A stretch of 64,000 bases of DNA from Lingula anatina (lineage: Eukaryota > Animalia > Brachiopoda). Made by a program: the position numbers and the translations under genes. The notes under the pieces are model-generated. The model had not been told where the DNA came from, ran no database searches, and saw only the letters and a program-made list of their open reading frames with translations. This document shows, piece by piece, positions 1 through 14,848 of the stretch; position 1 is the first letter of the stretch, and each line of letters begins with the position of its first letter. The stretch spans positions 7,874,001 to 7,938,000 of the forward strand of contig CM120642.1 of assembly GCA_051362555.1 (NCBI GenBank), read 5' to 3'.

Positions 1-1903
1 CTAATTTTAGTAATAAATGATTTATAGTGCGAAGCCCTAGTGGCTCTAAGTTATCACAAATGGAACACTGATGTATTGTATTGCATTGCTATTGAATTCA
101 GTCTGCTCATACTGAATATCTACGTGTACATGGACATGTATTTACTCGAAATTAACCTACAGTAGGAGTTTTGTCCTATTCACGCGTATAGGACTGATCT
201 TATATAAACGGGTTATTGTAAGAAACTAAGTATCTTAATAGGACCTTCCGATTTAATAAACAAGATCGCAAATGGACAAAATGCATTGTCTTGCCTGGTT
301 TTCGGGCAAAATAAAAATCAATCTCTGTGTACTGTTTTTCTCTATGAACTCACAAGTGCATTGATCGGACATTGGGAATTGATTACAGTTTTTGAAATTG
401 TTCAAAGCCCAATTAGCATGCGGTTGTGGAGCAAGAAAGAACTCAATTACGGTGATGTATTTCTACTTAGTTCTATAAACAAATGTGTTAGCTTTACGTT
501 TCAACTTCAATACCTGCAAATATTTCTATTTCAGTGAGCAATACCCTGCACTCTACGCCTAGTACAAGCTTAACAAACAACCTGAAGAACACTTAACTCA
601 CTCACAGGTTGATTTCTGCAGGTTGCAGATTGTTTTTGCTTTTTTAATTCAGTGGAAGAGCAGTTTATATCGGGTGGCATGCAGAAATTGTTATCGGCCA
701 AGCCTGATCATTAAACACCCGTTATACATCGAGTGTTCGCGACGGCTTCGAGAGCGCAATTGGCCTCACCTTCACGATGTTGATTGTGGGCAATTCAAAA
801 TCAGTTCTGGAAGAGGATGCTAGTACCTTAAACATAAGACACAGCGCCAATCACACATAATGCGTTTGTTGAAATAGAAGCATGGCCCAGAATTCGATAT
901 CCGTGGACAGATGGGCGCACTTTATTTGCATTTATCACAACTCTGATTGTTTTCATTCTCTTTGCCCATTTACGTTTGGATTTGTCTATTAATTTTTTCG
1001 ACGATACAGCTTTGTCTTTCAGGTGTACAATGTTGTGTTTAATCACACATTAAGTGTATACACAAGTATTTGACTTATACTACGAGTTACATTTATAAAA
1101 AAAGGACTTGGGTTCTAACACATGTTTGATATTCCTCTGAGTGGTACATTTTACGTGTACAAATATATCGTTTGTAGGCTCTGTTGTATCAAATAATCTT
1201 CTATAATCACTGCTGTTTTGATATCATAAAAATCATCAGATTTCGGCTAAGAGAAAGAGCAAATGAAAGCATTATCCATCCCCTTCACATAAGTTGAATA
1301 GCAGGCAAACTCTTTTTACATTACATTAATCGATACAGTCGGAAATTCAAATACAAACCTTTAGTTAATACTCGAGCCTAGGCTTGGCCGAATTTTTTTG
1401 CGGCTTTTCATACAATATACATGTATATGTATATGTATCTTAATTCTGGTGTATTTGTTTGTAATAAAAACTGATTCTGTTGTACAAAACATTCTGAACA
1501 CGTATATGTACGTGTAGCAGTAACTTGACGTAGCTAGATTACAGCCCTAATACTGGCATTATATATGGAATTGTGCCATTATATAGCAAAAGTATAATTT
1601 TCAGAAAGATTTCAAAACTTTTCCATTAATCACCAACATATATCATAGCCACAACCTGTCACAGAATTACGCTCCATGCAACCGTTTTTTAGTTCTAAGT
1701 TTCTGATTTTTTATTTATTCTCTTAATGGACATACATATAATATATCACACACGTGGAAATAAAACTCAAAAATAGGTTTGTACATAATACTTTTCCAAA
1801 TCGTTTTGAAGAGGGCATACCTTGGTGATGAGAAGGTAAATTGATTAATTTGCTATTAACGTCTACCGCACATTGTTGTCCTTTAAAACTGACTTTGACC
1901 TAC

Positions 1904-2097
1904 TTATTTCACATCTTATCCCGGCGAATCCTGCGACGCATGAACACGAGAACTGGTTGTCCCCATCCGTGCACGTTCCTAGGTTTAGGCATGGGTTACT
2001 GAGACACTGATCTACAGCTGGAATATAACAAAATTTACATTAAATGAAAGGGAATAGGTCAGTCTTCTCTCATCTCAATGCCTTCCCTCCCTCTTAA

Positions 2098-2136
<39 letters not shown>

Positions 2137-2141
2137 ACAAC

Positions 2142-2173
<32 letters not shown>

Positions 2174-2668
2174 GAGAGAGAGAGTCATGCACGTACACAC
2201 GCTCATGTATGCACGCACACAGAGTGTTCAGCGCGCTTTTACCTAAGCAAAATACAAAACCTGGAGATAAAACGTCCTTCTGGGATCTTGAAGTGTACAC
2301 CGGTAATAAAACCTCACACCTACTCGTGCTGTTCTCAAAGATGACAAAACGGGTAGGTGTGATCAAGTGTTTTAAGCCAACAGTTAGCCTGAAAGCGGTT
2401 TTAGTGAAACCGGTGATAAACTCGACCATATTTGCTCTATTCTTTTGCACTAACCTAATCACGCGTCTATTCACTTTTTCATTATTAAAATTAATTCTTT
2501 AAAAACTTAGATATTAAAAAAGCATTGGGGTCAACATCTACTTGTGGAAAAAGTGAAAGAATGAAAAAGGTATACACATTTCAAAGGAGTATACTTACTG
2601 TCTTGTGCTGACGTCACAATCACCAGAAACAGCACACACAGGTGACATCGGTAGCTTGAGACCTTCAT
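1904..2668 (-). CDS. Secreted/membrane EGF-like domain protein, 5' part only (continues toward/off the left edge)
   Basis: Coding exon 2668-2599 gives MKVSSYRCHLCVLFLVIVTSAQD (signal-peptide-like, GTAAGT donor, phase 1). Exon 2017-1904 (114 nt, phase 1-1) gives TVDQCLSNPCLNLGTCTDGDNQFSCSCVAGFAGIRCEI, a six-Cys EGF module. A probable 5'UTR exon ends near 4565 (GTGAG donor). Downstream exons are unresolved. Confidence 0.8.
2102..2184. repeat. Compound (CT)n/(CA)n/(GA)n microsatellite
   Basis: Seen directly. Confidence 0.95.
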
Positions 2669-3088
2669 TTTAGACGTGTTTTAGCATCCTCCGAGCTATA
2701 AGACAGCTGTAGTGAAGAAGAGAAAAAATAGAATTATTATATAACAGTTGCAAGGGTAACCTGCCTCCCCCCAAAAAAAGAAAGAAAAAAGCGAACGAGT
2801 CAAAACCAAGAAGTTTTTACATTCAAGCCCAATCAATGCATATTCTTGTACATTTGCGTTTTATATGTAGTGAAAAAATATCCAGAAAAATCGACGAGAA
2901 GAATGTTTTTTTTTGCCTCCCCCCCCCCCCCCCCCTCAACCACAACCCCAGCTATATTCTGGCATAGCCACTTTTTACGTCTCTGATGCATGCTTCTGGG
3001 TCTGCAAACAGAGTGACAGATCTACAGGGGATATTTAATCGACCATATCGGCATTTACTGCTGACCTAAAAAGGCAGGGAATCTACTA

Positions 3089-3304
3089 AGACCCCATTCC
3101 CACAGATTTTAGATCGATCTATCCCTGTGGGGAGTCTCACTAGATTACTGTCAGCTTAGCCGGCTTAAATGTCTGTCCCGCCTACTAAAAGCTGTAAGGG
3201 GGTAATTAACTACCGTGCACGCTCGGCTAACAGCAATTTAGCGTGAACCCCCAGGGAGTTAGGTAGATCTAAATGGATCGATCTAAATCTGGGCATGCAG
3301 TCTA
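3089..3304. mobile_element. MITE, ~215 bp, CAGATTTAGATCGATC subterminal inverted-repeat family (copy 1)
   Basis: Inverted ends (cagattttagatcgatc ... gatcgatctaaatctg...cagtcta); aligns along its length with 25361-25591. Confidence 0.75.
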
Positions 3305-6300
3305 AGACAGCCATCCTGACCGGCTCTCCTTTGCAAGATGTTTTTTTGCATCAATATATCCAGAGGAAGCCATGATCAATGATATTTTTTGTAGACGACA
3401 TTGTTATAGGTATATCGACATTTTACATTAAGGACTTTGACGTATTCAAACTACTGGAGCATTGTCCCCAATTGACTTATCGAAGAACTAGCATGAAGGC
3501 CAAGCAACCTTTACTTAAGTTATTGGCCCAGTATTTTCCCCCGTGCACACAGTCAACTCCTTTTCACAGACGAATCTGGGGATGAATTTCATGCCTGTTT
3601 CCAAAGAAATCTAAAAAAATCGATCTTACTGCACACCCTAATGCAGTGTCGACGACCGTTGCTTTAGCCATGACAATGGAAGTAAAAACTTTTATGTAAT
3701 ACAGGTTCACATATTCCCATGAATTATGAAACATGAGATTTGATAATGCTGATACATGTATACCAGTCTATGCCATGCGCTTTTTATGCTCTGGGAAGTC
3801 TGGGAGTACAGATAACTTATGTATTAAGTGAAAGGAATGCTATGTCCTATTTAAAGGCAGTAGGCTTGCACGGAAAGCTGCTTACAAGTGTTTTTTTATA
3901 TATTCATAACCAGCTTAAGAAATTGTTCCTTTCTGCGTCCCGTAGTGCAGCCCCGTTTGGGAGTATAAAAAAATCTTTATATGCCGACAACCGGCCGACC
4001 ATTGAGCATTCTTTCTGCAGCCAAAGCGATGCGTGTGCCTCCTTTCTATGACCACAGCGATGCCAGTTCCATGGTTGCACAAAGAACGCAGAAAGGACGC
4101 TGTCCAGTGTAAAGGGGGTTTTAGTTACTTCCGCGCAAAGTGACAATCTAGGGAGGCCAATATAGCATTATATTTTTCCCAGATGAAATGCTTTTATCTA
4201 TAAATGTATGGATGTGATCTAAAGCACAAATGTGCCTTGCTCTTTTTACATTTTAAGATGTTTTCTATTCGTTAAAATGATAAAATATCTCGTCAAAAAG
4301 TTGTGGTCAAAATTAGAAAAAACAGCTTTGGAAAATTAAGGGCATCTTTGGGTTGGACATTGCTTTAATATTTCACTCAAGCGACGAAAAAGATAAAAAA
4401 CGATGCTTAATTAGTTATAAGCTTGTTGTATGCAAGAGTGTTATACGGTAATGAATTTTCACTTGCTCCCGACAGCATCGAGAGATGAGCGGTAGAAATA
4501 GCAGTTAAACTAATATTCGAATAAATGTCTAAAATAATAAATTAAAAAACTGAAAATAACTCACCTGTAATAGTCGAGCTTGTCCTGTCCTGACTTTTGC
4601 ACAAGCTGGTGAATAGAAAATGACGGAATAGCAACAACTCAGACTGATCAATCTGCGCTGCTCACAGATTAATCCACCGTGCGATTTGAAATAACACAAC
4701 CGTATTATTGAATACACCGGTGTATCGGTCGGCGTGAGGACAACGCGTGTGTAGGCACGTTTTCACGGGCATCGATTTAACACTGCCAATCATTTCTGTG
4801 CTGTCAACGTGCTTGTCTACCGCTCTTGCTGCCCAAATAATCATTCTGAAGGTACAGTGGGTGGTAGTGGATATACATTTTAGGAAGGGGAGGAGTGTAA
4901 TGATGTTTTTCTCTCCCAACTGTTAGTTTCAATTTGACAACATTTCATTCAAGTTTTAAAGGTAGATATTGGGAAGTTAGTGCATTTAATTTTTTCATAA
5001 TAAATTTGTCATCACACCTATTCTTGTTTCCAACGTACTCGTAAAATGCTTTCTTATATTCTACTCAAGGCCAGGAGAAGGCGTGTAAGTCTGTTAATCT
5101 GCATTCAGCCAGAGTCCCCGTGGATTGCGCATTAGAGTATGATTATACTCGAAAATAAATCTATCGGAGTTTGGACAGGAAACTGTTCAGTTTCAGGCAA
5201 CTTGCCTGCGTGTCTCAAATGTTTTGGCCCAAGGCACAGAAGGATGGCGCCCTTCCTGCCCTTTGAAAACTAAGCATGGTTTCCCGTTTTCGAGATCAAT
5301 TTTTAGTTTATACAAGTCTACAACCGTAAAAAGACGTTCCAATGGAGTTTTAATGAACGTTTTTTTTTTTGTTTTTTTTTTTTTTTTTTTGAATAAGGTA
5401 TATCTCAGGACCTCCACATAATCGTTATGTATACAATGCAAAGAAATATCCATTAGAATCATTAGTAAGGAATAATCAGCATTTGGCTGATTAGCTTACA
5501 CTGTTACACTGTTAGCCTTTTCTTAAACAATCTCAGAAATAAAGGTACAGGATGTTACATGTGGACAGGAACTTGTAAAATTAAAGCCAATTTGCTTGCT
5601 TGTTTCAAATGTTTTTACCCAATAAATGATTAAAGTTTCGCTAGCTGGACTTTAAGATTTAAAAAAAATGGTTTCGCGTTCTTGAGAACAATTTTGACAA
5701 TCGGCTGCTTGCTTTCTAAATAGACAGACAGAAGACATTGTTTCAAGTTGATATTGTCAATAATAATAATTATCATTATTATTATGTGACGCTAATACGC
5801 TAATTTTCAAATTTTCTGACACACTGTACGTTTGAAAACATTAAAGCGTCACATTACCTGTATTTAATTCTAACTGTATTGGTTTCTGAACCACTTTTTA
5901 CTGTGCGAAACGTAAACCCCAAACTCCACACAGTCGTTCAAAAACAAAAGCATTAAAAATCTTTTAATTCCACTAGGAGTTGAGATCGCAGGAAAAAAAG
6001 GAAGCACATGTGCTCTTGAGCACTGCACCCGGTCATGTTTAACATCTTTAACTAAATGGCCACTATCAAACATTGATCTCAAGCAATCTAAAATAAATGG
6101 GCTGGGCAATCCCTTTTAAGGTGATTGATTTTATATTGATTAAAAGTGATAAAAAATATCGACTGTAAACTGAAAAATGTCAAGGTGAAGTTTAGGTAAA
6201 AAAACATTCCATACCAGTTTTTGATCAATAGGTATAATTGAAAGGTCATACACTGTAGCAGCATATTTTGGGACTTCTGTTTAGTTGTTTATTGCTATTC

Positions 6301-7847
6301 GTCGTTCATATATTGACCATAAAAATATCAACCATTTACCAGCGGCCTGTTGAGTGAGCACGTAGATGTACAAATATCCTCATCGGGCATAAGATCAGCT
6401 AGTGAATAGCCAGAAGAATATCTCATGAAACAATATTTCTGTTCCCGGTAGAGGGCGCGTAATATCCACCTAGACTGGTAAAAAAAAAGGAAAGGAAAGA
6501 AACAAAAATTGATTTTTGACTCACTTCGGGAGACAGGCTGTCTTTACTTTACCAACCTGAGCGCAAACTTTAAATTTACTGATAACCAAGGCGTAATTCA
6601 AACCGTATCAGAATCCATTTTATAGAAAACTGTTATTGGCTTTCGATTAATAAAAACCACGTTAAGTATAATATTATCGAGTTTTGGTACGCTTTGGTAT
6701 TCCCAGCAATTTTGAGAAGGTTAAGCCAAATCACTTTGATTAAAACATTTTAACTATGTTTTGAAAATGTTGGGTGTAATTGTAACATATAATTTCCGGT
6801 GCATTTAAATATAAAGTTGTCATTGGCAAACTTACGTGTATATGCTTCATTTTTCTTTCTTTCAATTTTTCATATTTGATATGGATTTATTGGCCTAGAA
6901 ATCTAAAGAAAGGAGTACATGAACCGCGCTCTTGAAAAGTTGACCTAATCATATCCATTTTCAATTAATAAGCATTATCAAATATTGATCACAAATAGTT
7001 ACTTGTTTTTGACACGACGCTAGTTAGACACAATCTGATTGACAAAAATATTTCTAAAGTGATTGATTTTGTGATATTGATCACTTATAATAAACAGGTC
7101 AGCTGCAGCGTGCAACAATGTCAATGGCAATATCAAGGTGAGGTGAAATCAATGCCCCAACTGTTCGCCAAAGTTTAAACCGCCACAGCTCAGCGGACAC
7201 ATGACGTCATAAGTACGTCATTCAGCTACAACGGCATTAATATCATTCTACATCTAACAAACCTTAATGTATCATATAAACACTTTGGCAGAGGGTTCAA
7301 TGACATATTTATCTGAAAAGAAAATGAACATCAATAGCATTTTTTAACAAACTAAATAATTCCGACAACAAATAGTTCGATTGTGTGATAATATTTGTAC
7401 CGTGGGTCCATATTGGACCAGAATCAATTTGTTACAAAGATATTTACCACAAATATATTTACCACAAAGATATTTATATTTACCAACATCAACAACAACA
7501 ATTGTAGAAGTCATTTTTATATTTTATCGTTTACAGTCATTGCAAATTTGACTTAGCCGTCGATCTAAGTCTTTTAAATATGCCAATTCAATAAAGATTG
7601 TCAGAGGTTTTCAGTCTATTCGATATTTGCCTTTAGCATCACAAGATTGGAGATCGAAAATACAATTTCTCACATCGGAGATATAAACAGTCCGCTCCCT
7701 TAACAAGCACCAGTGTGCGGTAGTGAAATAGCCGCGCAGAATTGTCCGTTATATATCAACGGTTATTAGAATAAGTGGGTATACACACACACATAACGTA
7801 GCTATAGATGCAAGTGAATCTTGCCAGAAACTGTATCAAACTGAATG

Positions 7848-10800
7848 CTATTTCCTGAATTTACAACGTTTCAGCAACAAGAAAAGAAAATCTCCAAATT
7901 CGCAGATAGTAAGGAAGCTTGAGCCCACAAATATCCCCATCAGACCGCCAATATCACCTGCAATACAAATCGAAGTCACTTAAACTGAGTATCATGCAAT
8001 ATTGGAATTTAGCAGATGAGATTCAGTTTGGGTCATTCACAGTTGCTGGTGAAAACACCTTACTAGCATTAAGTGCGGAATATTGAAAATTAATAATTTT
8101 GTGAAAATGAACAAGTATAATGAACTTGTTGGACTGATAAATTTTTACTCAGCTTGTATACCATTTACCGTACATAACGATACACTGTTCAGAAATGGGA
8201 GTACCATACCTATTAACTGAGCAAAGTAGTATTTTGGACTTTGTTCTATGATATCGTAATTCATCTGCTGGTAGAACAGGCGCATCTCCAGGAATTCTTT
8301 CCTGAAATCAAAGGATTCATGTATTGGTATGTACATGTAAGAAAATTAAACTAGTAGAGATATTATTTTTAAAAAATTTAGTATCTAAGAACTACCAGCA
8401 ATATCCACTCTGAGCTAAATCGGTCAGATTCTGCCATCACAATCATGCTCCTCTTGTTACTAGATCTTCAAATTGAAATATACAAATATGTTTCATTCAA
8501 ATATACCCACAAAATTATTAAATTATGTGACTTTTCTGAGAAAAAATAAAAAGGCGAAAGCATGAGAGAATAAGTGTGCGATGTCCATATGACAACAGTT
8601 TGAATGTGGTCAACCTAGAACTTTCCTCTTTTTTTTTTTTTTTAAAACCTTTCGGTTCAATTCAGTAACCTCCTTTCTCTGGCAGGTCACATGCCTATAG
8701 ATGGCGCTTTAACTCTCCATCTTGGTACTCATCTTGGTACATACCTTATCGACCATTTCCGTATCGTAACTGCAACATCTATTTCCCTTAATAAACATTA
8801 GTTTGCCTTTAGGAGGTTAGAGTGACATGTAATTGATTTTATTTTTCCTCTTTTTCCTGGAATATGAAGGGAGGAAATGTGTTTCGTAAGAGAAAAAAAA
8901 TGTTGCGGGTGGGAAAAAACTACAAAACTTCTCCTAGTGAACTCACTTCAGATACTCCTCAGTATAATTAAACTTCTTTAACTGCTGCAGTGTAGGTTCG
9001 TTGGGATAGGAGAGATGCGACAGTTGAGAACTGTACAGCGTCTGATAACATGGCGGCTTGCAGCCACATCTGGTCTCTATCATTGTATTTTGCATAAACG
9101 AAACTGGAAAGAAAATCCGACACAAAATATGAATATCACATTTAAATATGAAAATCAAATGACCCAAAAATACCTTTTAAAGTTGGGAACAATGACACAT
9201 TAACGGACAAAAACTAACATAATCCCTCCCAGAGTATTTTCCCGATTGTTTTCTCTAAATTTCGGTAGAATTATAACATTTTGCACAACAGTATTTATCC
9301 AACTTATTTTCTTGTCACTTTTGTACTGCAATCTAAGAGACAGCATTCACCGGTGTATAAGGGTTTCACCCTTATTACTAAGATGTCAGCAGCACCTCTC
9401 GCTGATTCTCGCACATTTTCTACTCTTTAGTGACGTCACAAAGTGCCATCAGCTTCGTTTTAGGCTTTTTATTTATTTATTATTATTATAATTCTTGCAT
9501 TTGCATTTGAACTTACTATTATTGAAATTATTAAATCCTACTAAATTAGATATGCATGCATTACACACTGACGTTATTAAATTTTTATGCGATTGTGTGC
9601 AGCTGCCTGTGATAACTTACCTAGAGATTTGCTGACACAAACTAATGCCTCCCAGACATTACAGCGCCGATAACCACCTGAAGAAGTGTAGATGTTGTAC
9701 TTGCACGATACAATCAGTTATATCCACCCATCAATTTGGTTATCTTAAAGATGTTTGTGATACAATGTATTGCTTAATATGCTTTGTATAGTAAAAGACT
9801 CGTTTTTTTTAGGATATCTCCTCACTTTGTTGCTTTAATAAAAAAGGAAAAGCATATTGGAAGCCGTTGAAACGACTTCAGTATACATGTTCGTGTATAA
9901 ACTGATTTTGCTAATTTTGTTGCAATGAAGAGAATTTTACTCATGATAGTAAAAGGTAAAAAATGAGAGAGCGTGAGCAATGCTATATAGTGTAGATAAT
10001 AATTTTTGCAACGGTTTTGGATTGGATTAACCTTAGAGATAAAAGGAAACTTGCCGAAATCATTTTGTTTTGCTGTAGAAGCGTATGAGGAGCACAGTGC
10101 GTGTTGATACTTTATAAATAAAATAAATTAGAAATAAACGTAAAAAAAAGAGTACTAAATGGGCAGGGTCGGGATCAAAACCACGAGTACCGCCAGCGCT
10201 CATGCTGATGGTAATAAATATAGCTTACCTGGATGATAAAACAAGGTACAGTCGCATACGTCATTAACGTATCTTGCCTGGCACTCGTATATACACCCGG
10301 ACAAACTGTACGTGGGGTAAAATTTTAAAGGGTTTCGAAACGTCGAGGCCTTGGTATCTATGCAGTCTATGCCGCGATATGGCAGGGCCTGGCCTATTAT
10401 CTATAAAGGCATAAGAAAACTTAAATACTGTGTAATGTTCTCACTCACCTAACTATTGATAAAAATGAAGAACTATTGGTTAACTTCAACATATGAAGGT
10501 GTTAAGTATAGGATAATATAAACAATATGAGCAGACCAGCCGAAAATTACCCGTGGTACTTCTTAAAATATACTGACACACTATACAAACTACATATTAA
10601 AATTTTAGTTCAGATCTTAAGACGACACGTGCGTTTCATTATTCTTTCAATATATCACTTTATTACACACATGCTGTACATATATACTATATGATATAAA
10701 TGCTACTTCTCAAAAGAGTCCAATCCACATGTAGCTAACTGTATACTCACTTGTGTCATGCGTATGGCGACCAGTGCCTCATAGCCTGCAGACACAGCAA

Positions 10801-12862
10801 AGCCTTGTTCGTGTACTAGAGGGACTTCATATGGCTCGTGGAGCAGCGCCTAAAATTTTAATGTTAAAGACAACGATGTACTAGTAAATGCTCTATTTTT
10901 TGGCATTATAAATTGTAACTGACATTGTATATTGAGAATTTTGGTTTATAAAGTTTATACAGAAAGGTAGCATTTTGTAATTACTCATCACAATTAGGGA
11001 GCATTCACATCGAGAAGAGCCGAGGTCTAATAAGGCCGCGACCTAAATATCGCGGACCTACATGAAAGGGAAACCGCTTAATCCTGTAATGGTCTTTCCG
11101 CCTCTCACAGGCCTCCCCAAGCGTCGTCCCTCGACCGGTTGAATTGAGCCGAGATTTAATTAGACCGCATTCACAACGAGTTGAGCCATGGCTCTACAAA
11201 TCCAGGAACTAAATATGGCGGACGTACATGAAAGAAAAACCGCCTAATCTTAATAGTCTCTAAGCCTCTCACACGCCTTCCAACGCGTCGTCCCTGCGGG
11301 GGTACAGTCATTAAATCTCGGCTCCATTGGGACGACACATGGGGAGGCGTGTGATAGGCGGAGAGACTATTAAAAGATTAGGCGGTCTAAGTGTTCCCCT
11401 GCGGGGACGACGCGCGGGGAGGCGTGTGAGAGGCGGAGAGACCATAAATGGGTTAAGCGGTCTTCTTTTCATGTAGGTCCGCCATATTTAGGTCGCGGCC
11501 TTACTAGACCTCGGCTCTTCTCGATGTGAATGCTCCCTTATACACACTATACCCTACACCATTATTAAGAGTCATAAATTATCCATGCATACTGTGCAAA
11601 AAACTCTCTTCACATGCTCACTCTTTGAATTGGTCTACTCTTTGAATTGTGGGTAAGATGCGTTGGGAGCGCTGGACCTAAAACGCAGCGACGAAATCGG
11701 TTACCTTAACACCAGCCGACAAAGCAAACCCCGGCGTATACTCCTCATGCTGCAATTTCATACGCAACCACAGTCCAGAAGAACTGCCAGTCCTCTCAGC
11801 GGTGAGCGAGCCATTAGAATTAAACGTGAAACAGCGCCCCATGCTGGTAAAAGTCGTAGTAAACGCCTCACTGCAGTTGATGGCATGGTTCTTCCAGAAG
11901 CAGCTCCAGAACATGTCGTCTACGCTATATCCGGCCATGGAAATCAGGCTGTCGGTCTTCGTATTGTTTAGCACTATTGGCAGGAGGGGATCAGACCTGT
12001 TGATGTCGTTTTTCAGAGAGGGGGGTAGCGGAGAGATGTAATGAAGCAGCGACATCAGCGTTTGGTTTTTGATGATTTTGGATTTTTTGTATCGGTTGAC
12101 GTTGCAGATGGTCACAGCTGGAAAGCGGAGAGAACGACGGTATTCTATGCCGACTTTGGTTTGCACCGGGTAGTGATAGTAGTCGATGACAGAGTACGTG
12201 ATCATGACGAGACAAGTTACAGTCGCCATTAAAAGAAAGATGGCCCAAACAATTCTGAAAAAAAAAAAAAAAAGAAAAAGAAACATGAAAAATGGAACAA
12301 TTTTTTTTAATTGAACGAATAACGTTTTGAGACAACTAAGAACAACATATCGAAGGGGCCCCCGATTTATAGTTGGATGTTTATCCTATATCGTGCTAAA
12401 CTGGTTGGATTTGCTCAAAAATTAATGTTTTCAAGACGATAAGTTTTAAAAATTAGCCGTAGAGTTATCTGGTGCATCGTCAGAATTATCCTGATGTACG
12501 TCAAATAGCATGATTGGTTTGGACAACTTTTGGCTTGCGCAACTTTTGGCTTGGACAACTTTGGCCTCTTTGCAAACCCGAAAATTAAAATGTGTGCACT
12601 ATATGTTTAGAAATAATATATATACTATAGATATTCTGCGTACACTTTACGTTAAAATCACTACTCAACACTATTCGATGTTTATCACTAAACTGCTTCA
12701 CTTCTTTTACCAGAGGGACCTTCAATAAATGAGGCCGTCATCGGCCAAATTTCTAACATCTTACTTTAGTTTGTACTTTTCTTTTAATAGGTATGTCATA
12801 CTATTATAAGTAATTTTAAAAGTGGGTAAAGATCAAGTAGACACAAATTATTATTATTATTT

Positions 12863-12893
<31 letters not shown>

Positions 12894-13915
12894 TTTTTTA
12901 CTTAGAAATTTAGTGTTAATTTTAGTATTGCAGTCAATAGCAAATAGGTCCTTATGGAATATACATACATGTATGTAGCCACTGGGTATGCTTGTAGTCG
13001 TGTTTTCCAATTTCACCTTTACTGACATTGTGCTGGGAATAGCTAGCTACAAATGGGCACTTATCTAGTTGATCTATCGGAACGTGCCAAGTATAATTTA
13101 TGACTGTTGTTTCTCCTGCACTTCGCTAGATTGCTAGACTGCAAGATATTGCAACTCAACGTAACTGGTACATGTAGGCATAAATAAATTGCAGTTTATT
13201 TGTTATGGTTGATATGGGACACGTCAATATAAGTGCGGTTCATGGCAAGTTCAGTGTATTTTAATTGCTAGATCTTTTTGTTTTACTTTGTGACAGAAAA
13301 GGAAAGAGTGATTTTAATGTGCACATTGTATATAGCAATGCACAGCAGTTTCAATTTACGCAATGCACAGCAGTTTCAATTTACTTTGTGAGTCTATGGT
13401 ATGATGGTTAAACAGTTTTCCACCTTTTGCTTTATGGCAGGGAAATTCGTCGATTTTGTGGAGATTTGCAGGCACTAAAGGAAGACAGAAATGTGTATTT
13501 TTGCGAAAAAAAGAATATATCAACCCGCGTTAAGGTAAAAGAAAAATACACAGTGCTCCGATTTCCTTGCACAATGTTACATGCAATTACATGTAATAAT
13601 GCATTATCAAATAAGTACATAGAGTGCTTCAAGATGAACTTGCTTTAAATGCAACATGAATGACACCACAGATAGTGAATTATCAAAGAAATGAGAAGTA
13701 TTTCAGCATAAATATCTTAAAACTTCAATTACACAAATAGAAAACAACAACAAATACACGGTGTATTATGTGTACCTGCGTATTAGTGACCTTTTGGCCA
13801 AGAAGCGAGCCCCATGCAAAGTTGTTTCTTCAAAAAATGTCATCCAAACACTGCTCTCGTTTCGAGTCTCCGTGGTTTCCTTTGGGGTCCCGTGTAACTC
13901 CACTTCTTTTTGCAT
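7848..13915 (-). CDS. DEG/ENaC family (ASIC-like) sodium channel subunit, 458 aa, 8 coding exons
   Basis: Exons 13915-13776, 12254-11705, 10849-10751, 10400-10229, 9677-9621, 9103-8947, 8301-8210, 7957-7848; all GT-AG, phases consistent, 1377 nt. Motifs: N-terminal TTLHG, TM1, FPAVTICNVN, GRCFTFN, Cys-rich thumb, TM2 GDIGGLMGIFVGSSFLT. Confidence 0.95.
10997..11537. mobile_element. PIF/Harbinger-like MITE in intron 2 of the channel gene
   Basis: Long TIRs starting GGGAGCATTCACATCGAGAAGAGCCGAGGTCTA; TTA duplicated at 10994-10996 and 11538-11540; internal sub-repeats. Confidence 0.9.
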
Positions 13916-14552
13916 TTTAATTCATGTTACATCAACGACCAAGCTGCCTTACTTTTCAAATACGTGCCAGTTATTGTAATTTATTAAGGATAAGCCCTCC
14001 TGGGATCCTCTATAACAGAACTGGTCCACGCAGTAAATTGTAGATTCAACAGATATTTTTCAGATCTTTGGCAGCGAAATCCCAAAAATTATAGGCGTGC
14101 TTTCATTTCCAGCACCTCTTCCCCAGTAATTCCTAACTGTCCTGGAATAGCCGTGCGCCGTGGGTAATTCTGCCGTCCAACTGACAATAAGTTAGGTTCA
14201 GCAAAGCTAGTCTCCAGTAATTGACCCTGATTAATATTTTTTTACATATGGGAGCGTTAATATACCTGAGGCCTTTTTCATTATTATTTGATGGCCTTTT
14301 GCGCGAACACTGGCCTCATGAAATATGATGGTACAGCCGATCGCCATCATCAAGGGACGTCATGGGGTGATTAAAGGGGCGCTCAATACTGTGTACGTAA
14401 CGCGTAGACATATTAGTAGATACTCAGGGTCGTATTGCTTGGCTGAGCTTATGACCATACTAATATCAGTTCGCCTTTTTCATATTCTGTTTTCGACAAA
14501 TGATTCCCCAGCTTACTGGACGTTTGAGAAACCTTATTTCAGTGCTCGACAT

Positions 14553-14733
14553 TACCTTCTACCAGGGTTGCAGATTAATTATGTTTATCTTGGACATGAT
14601 AACGTAATTTTGTCCAATTCATGGTACATTTCTCCAACGCGACAGTGGAGAAATGTACCATGATTTAACAAGATATTGTACGTATCTGTGGATATCTAGT
14701 GAAAAATCCATCCGTGGCCCTGGGAGAAGGTAG
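14553..14733. mobile_element. Short MITE, TACCCTCTACCAGGG TIR family
   Basis: taccttctaccaggg ... ccctgggagaaggta; internal hairpin catggtacatttctcca/tggagaaatgtaccatg; relatives at 29867 (partial), 31367-31506 and 45031-45160. Confidence 0.7.
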
Positions 14734-14848
14734 TTCGCTATACTGGTCTCTAAATATTGGCGTGATCACGAGTATAATAAAGCTCTGAACTGACGAGTGT
14801 GCGAATGACCTCGTGTGGCACGTTTTCAAATAAACTGTAATGATTTTT

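Noticed and set aside
510-1250. Candidate further exons of the EGF gene (about 1245-1157, 806-770, 702-605)
   Set aside because: Plausible splice sites, but I could not build a phase-consistent chain or recognise a domain.
2078-2502. ORF-track ORFs of 88-126 aa
   Set aside because: Produced by the CT/CA microsatellite and low-complexity intron sequence.
3851-4368. Possible TTAA-flanked Kolobok-like element
   Set aside because: The ends match for only about 6 bp; no convincing TIR.
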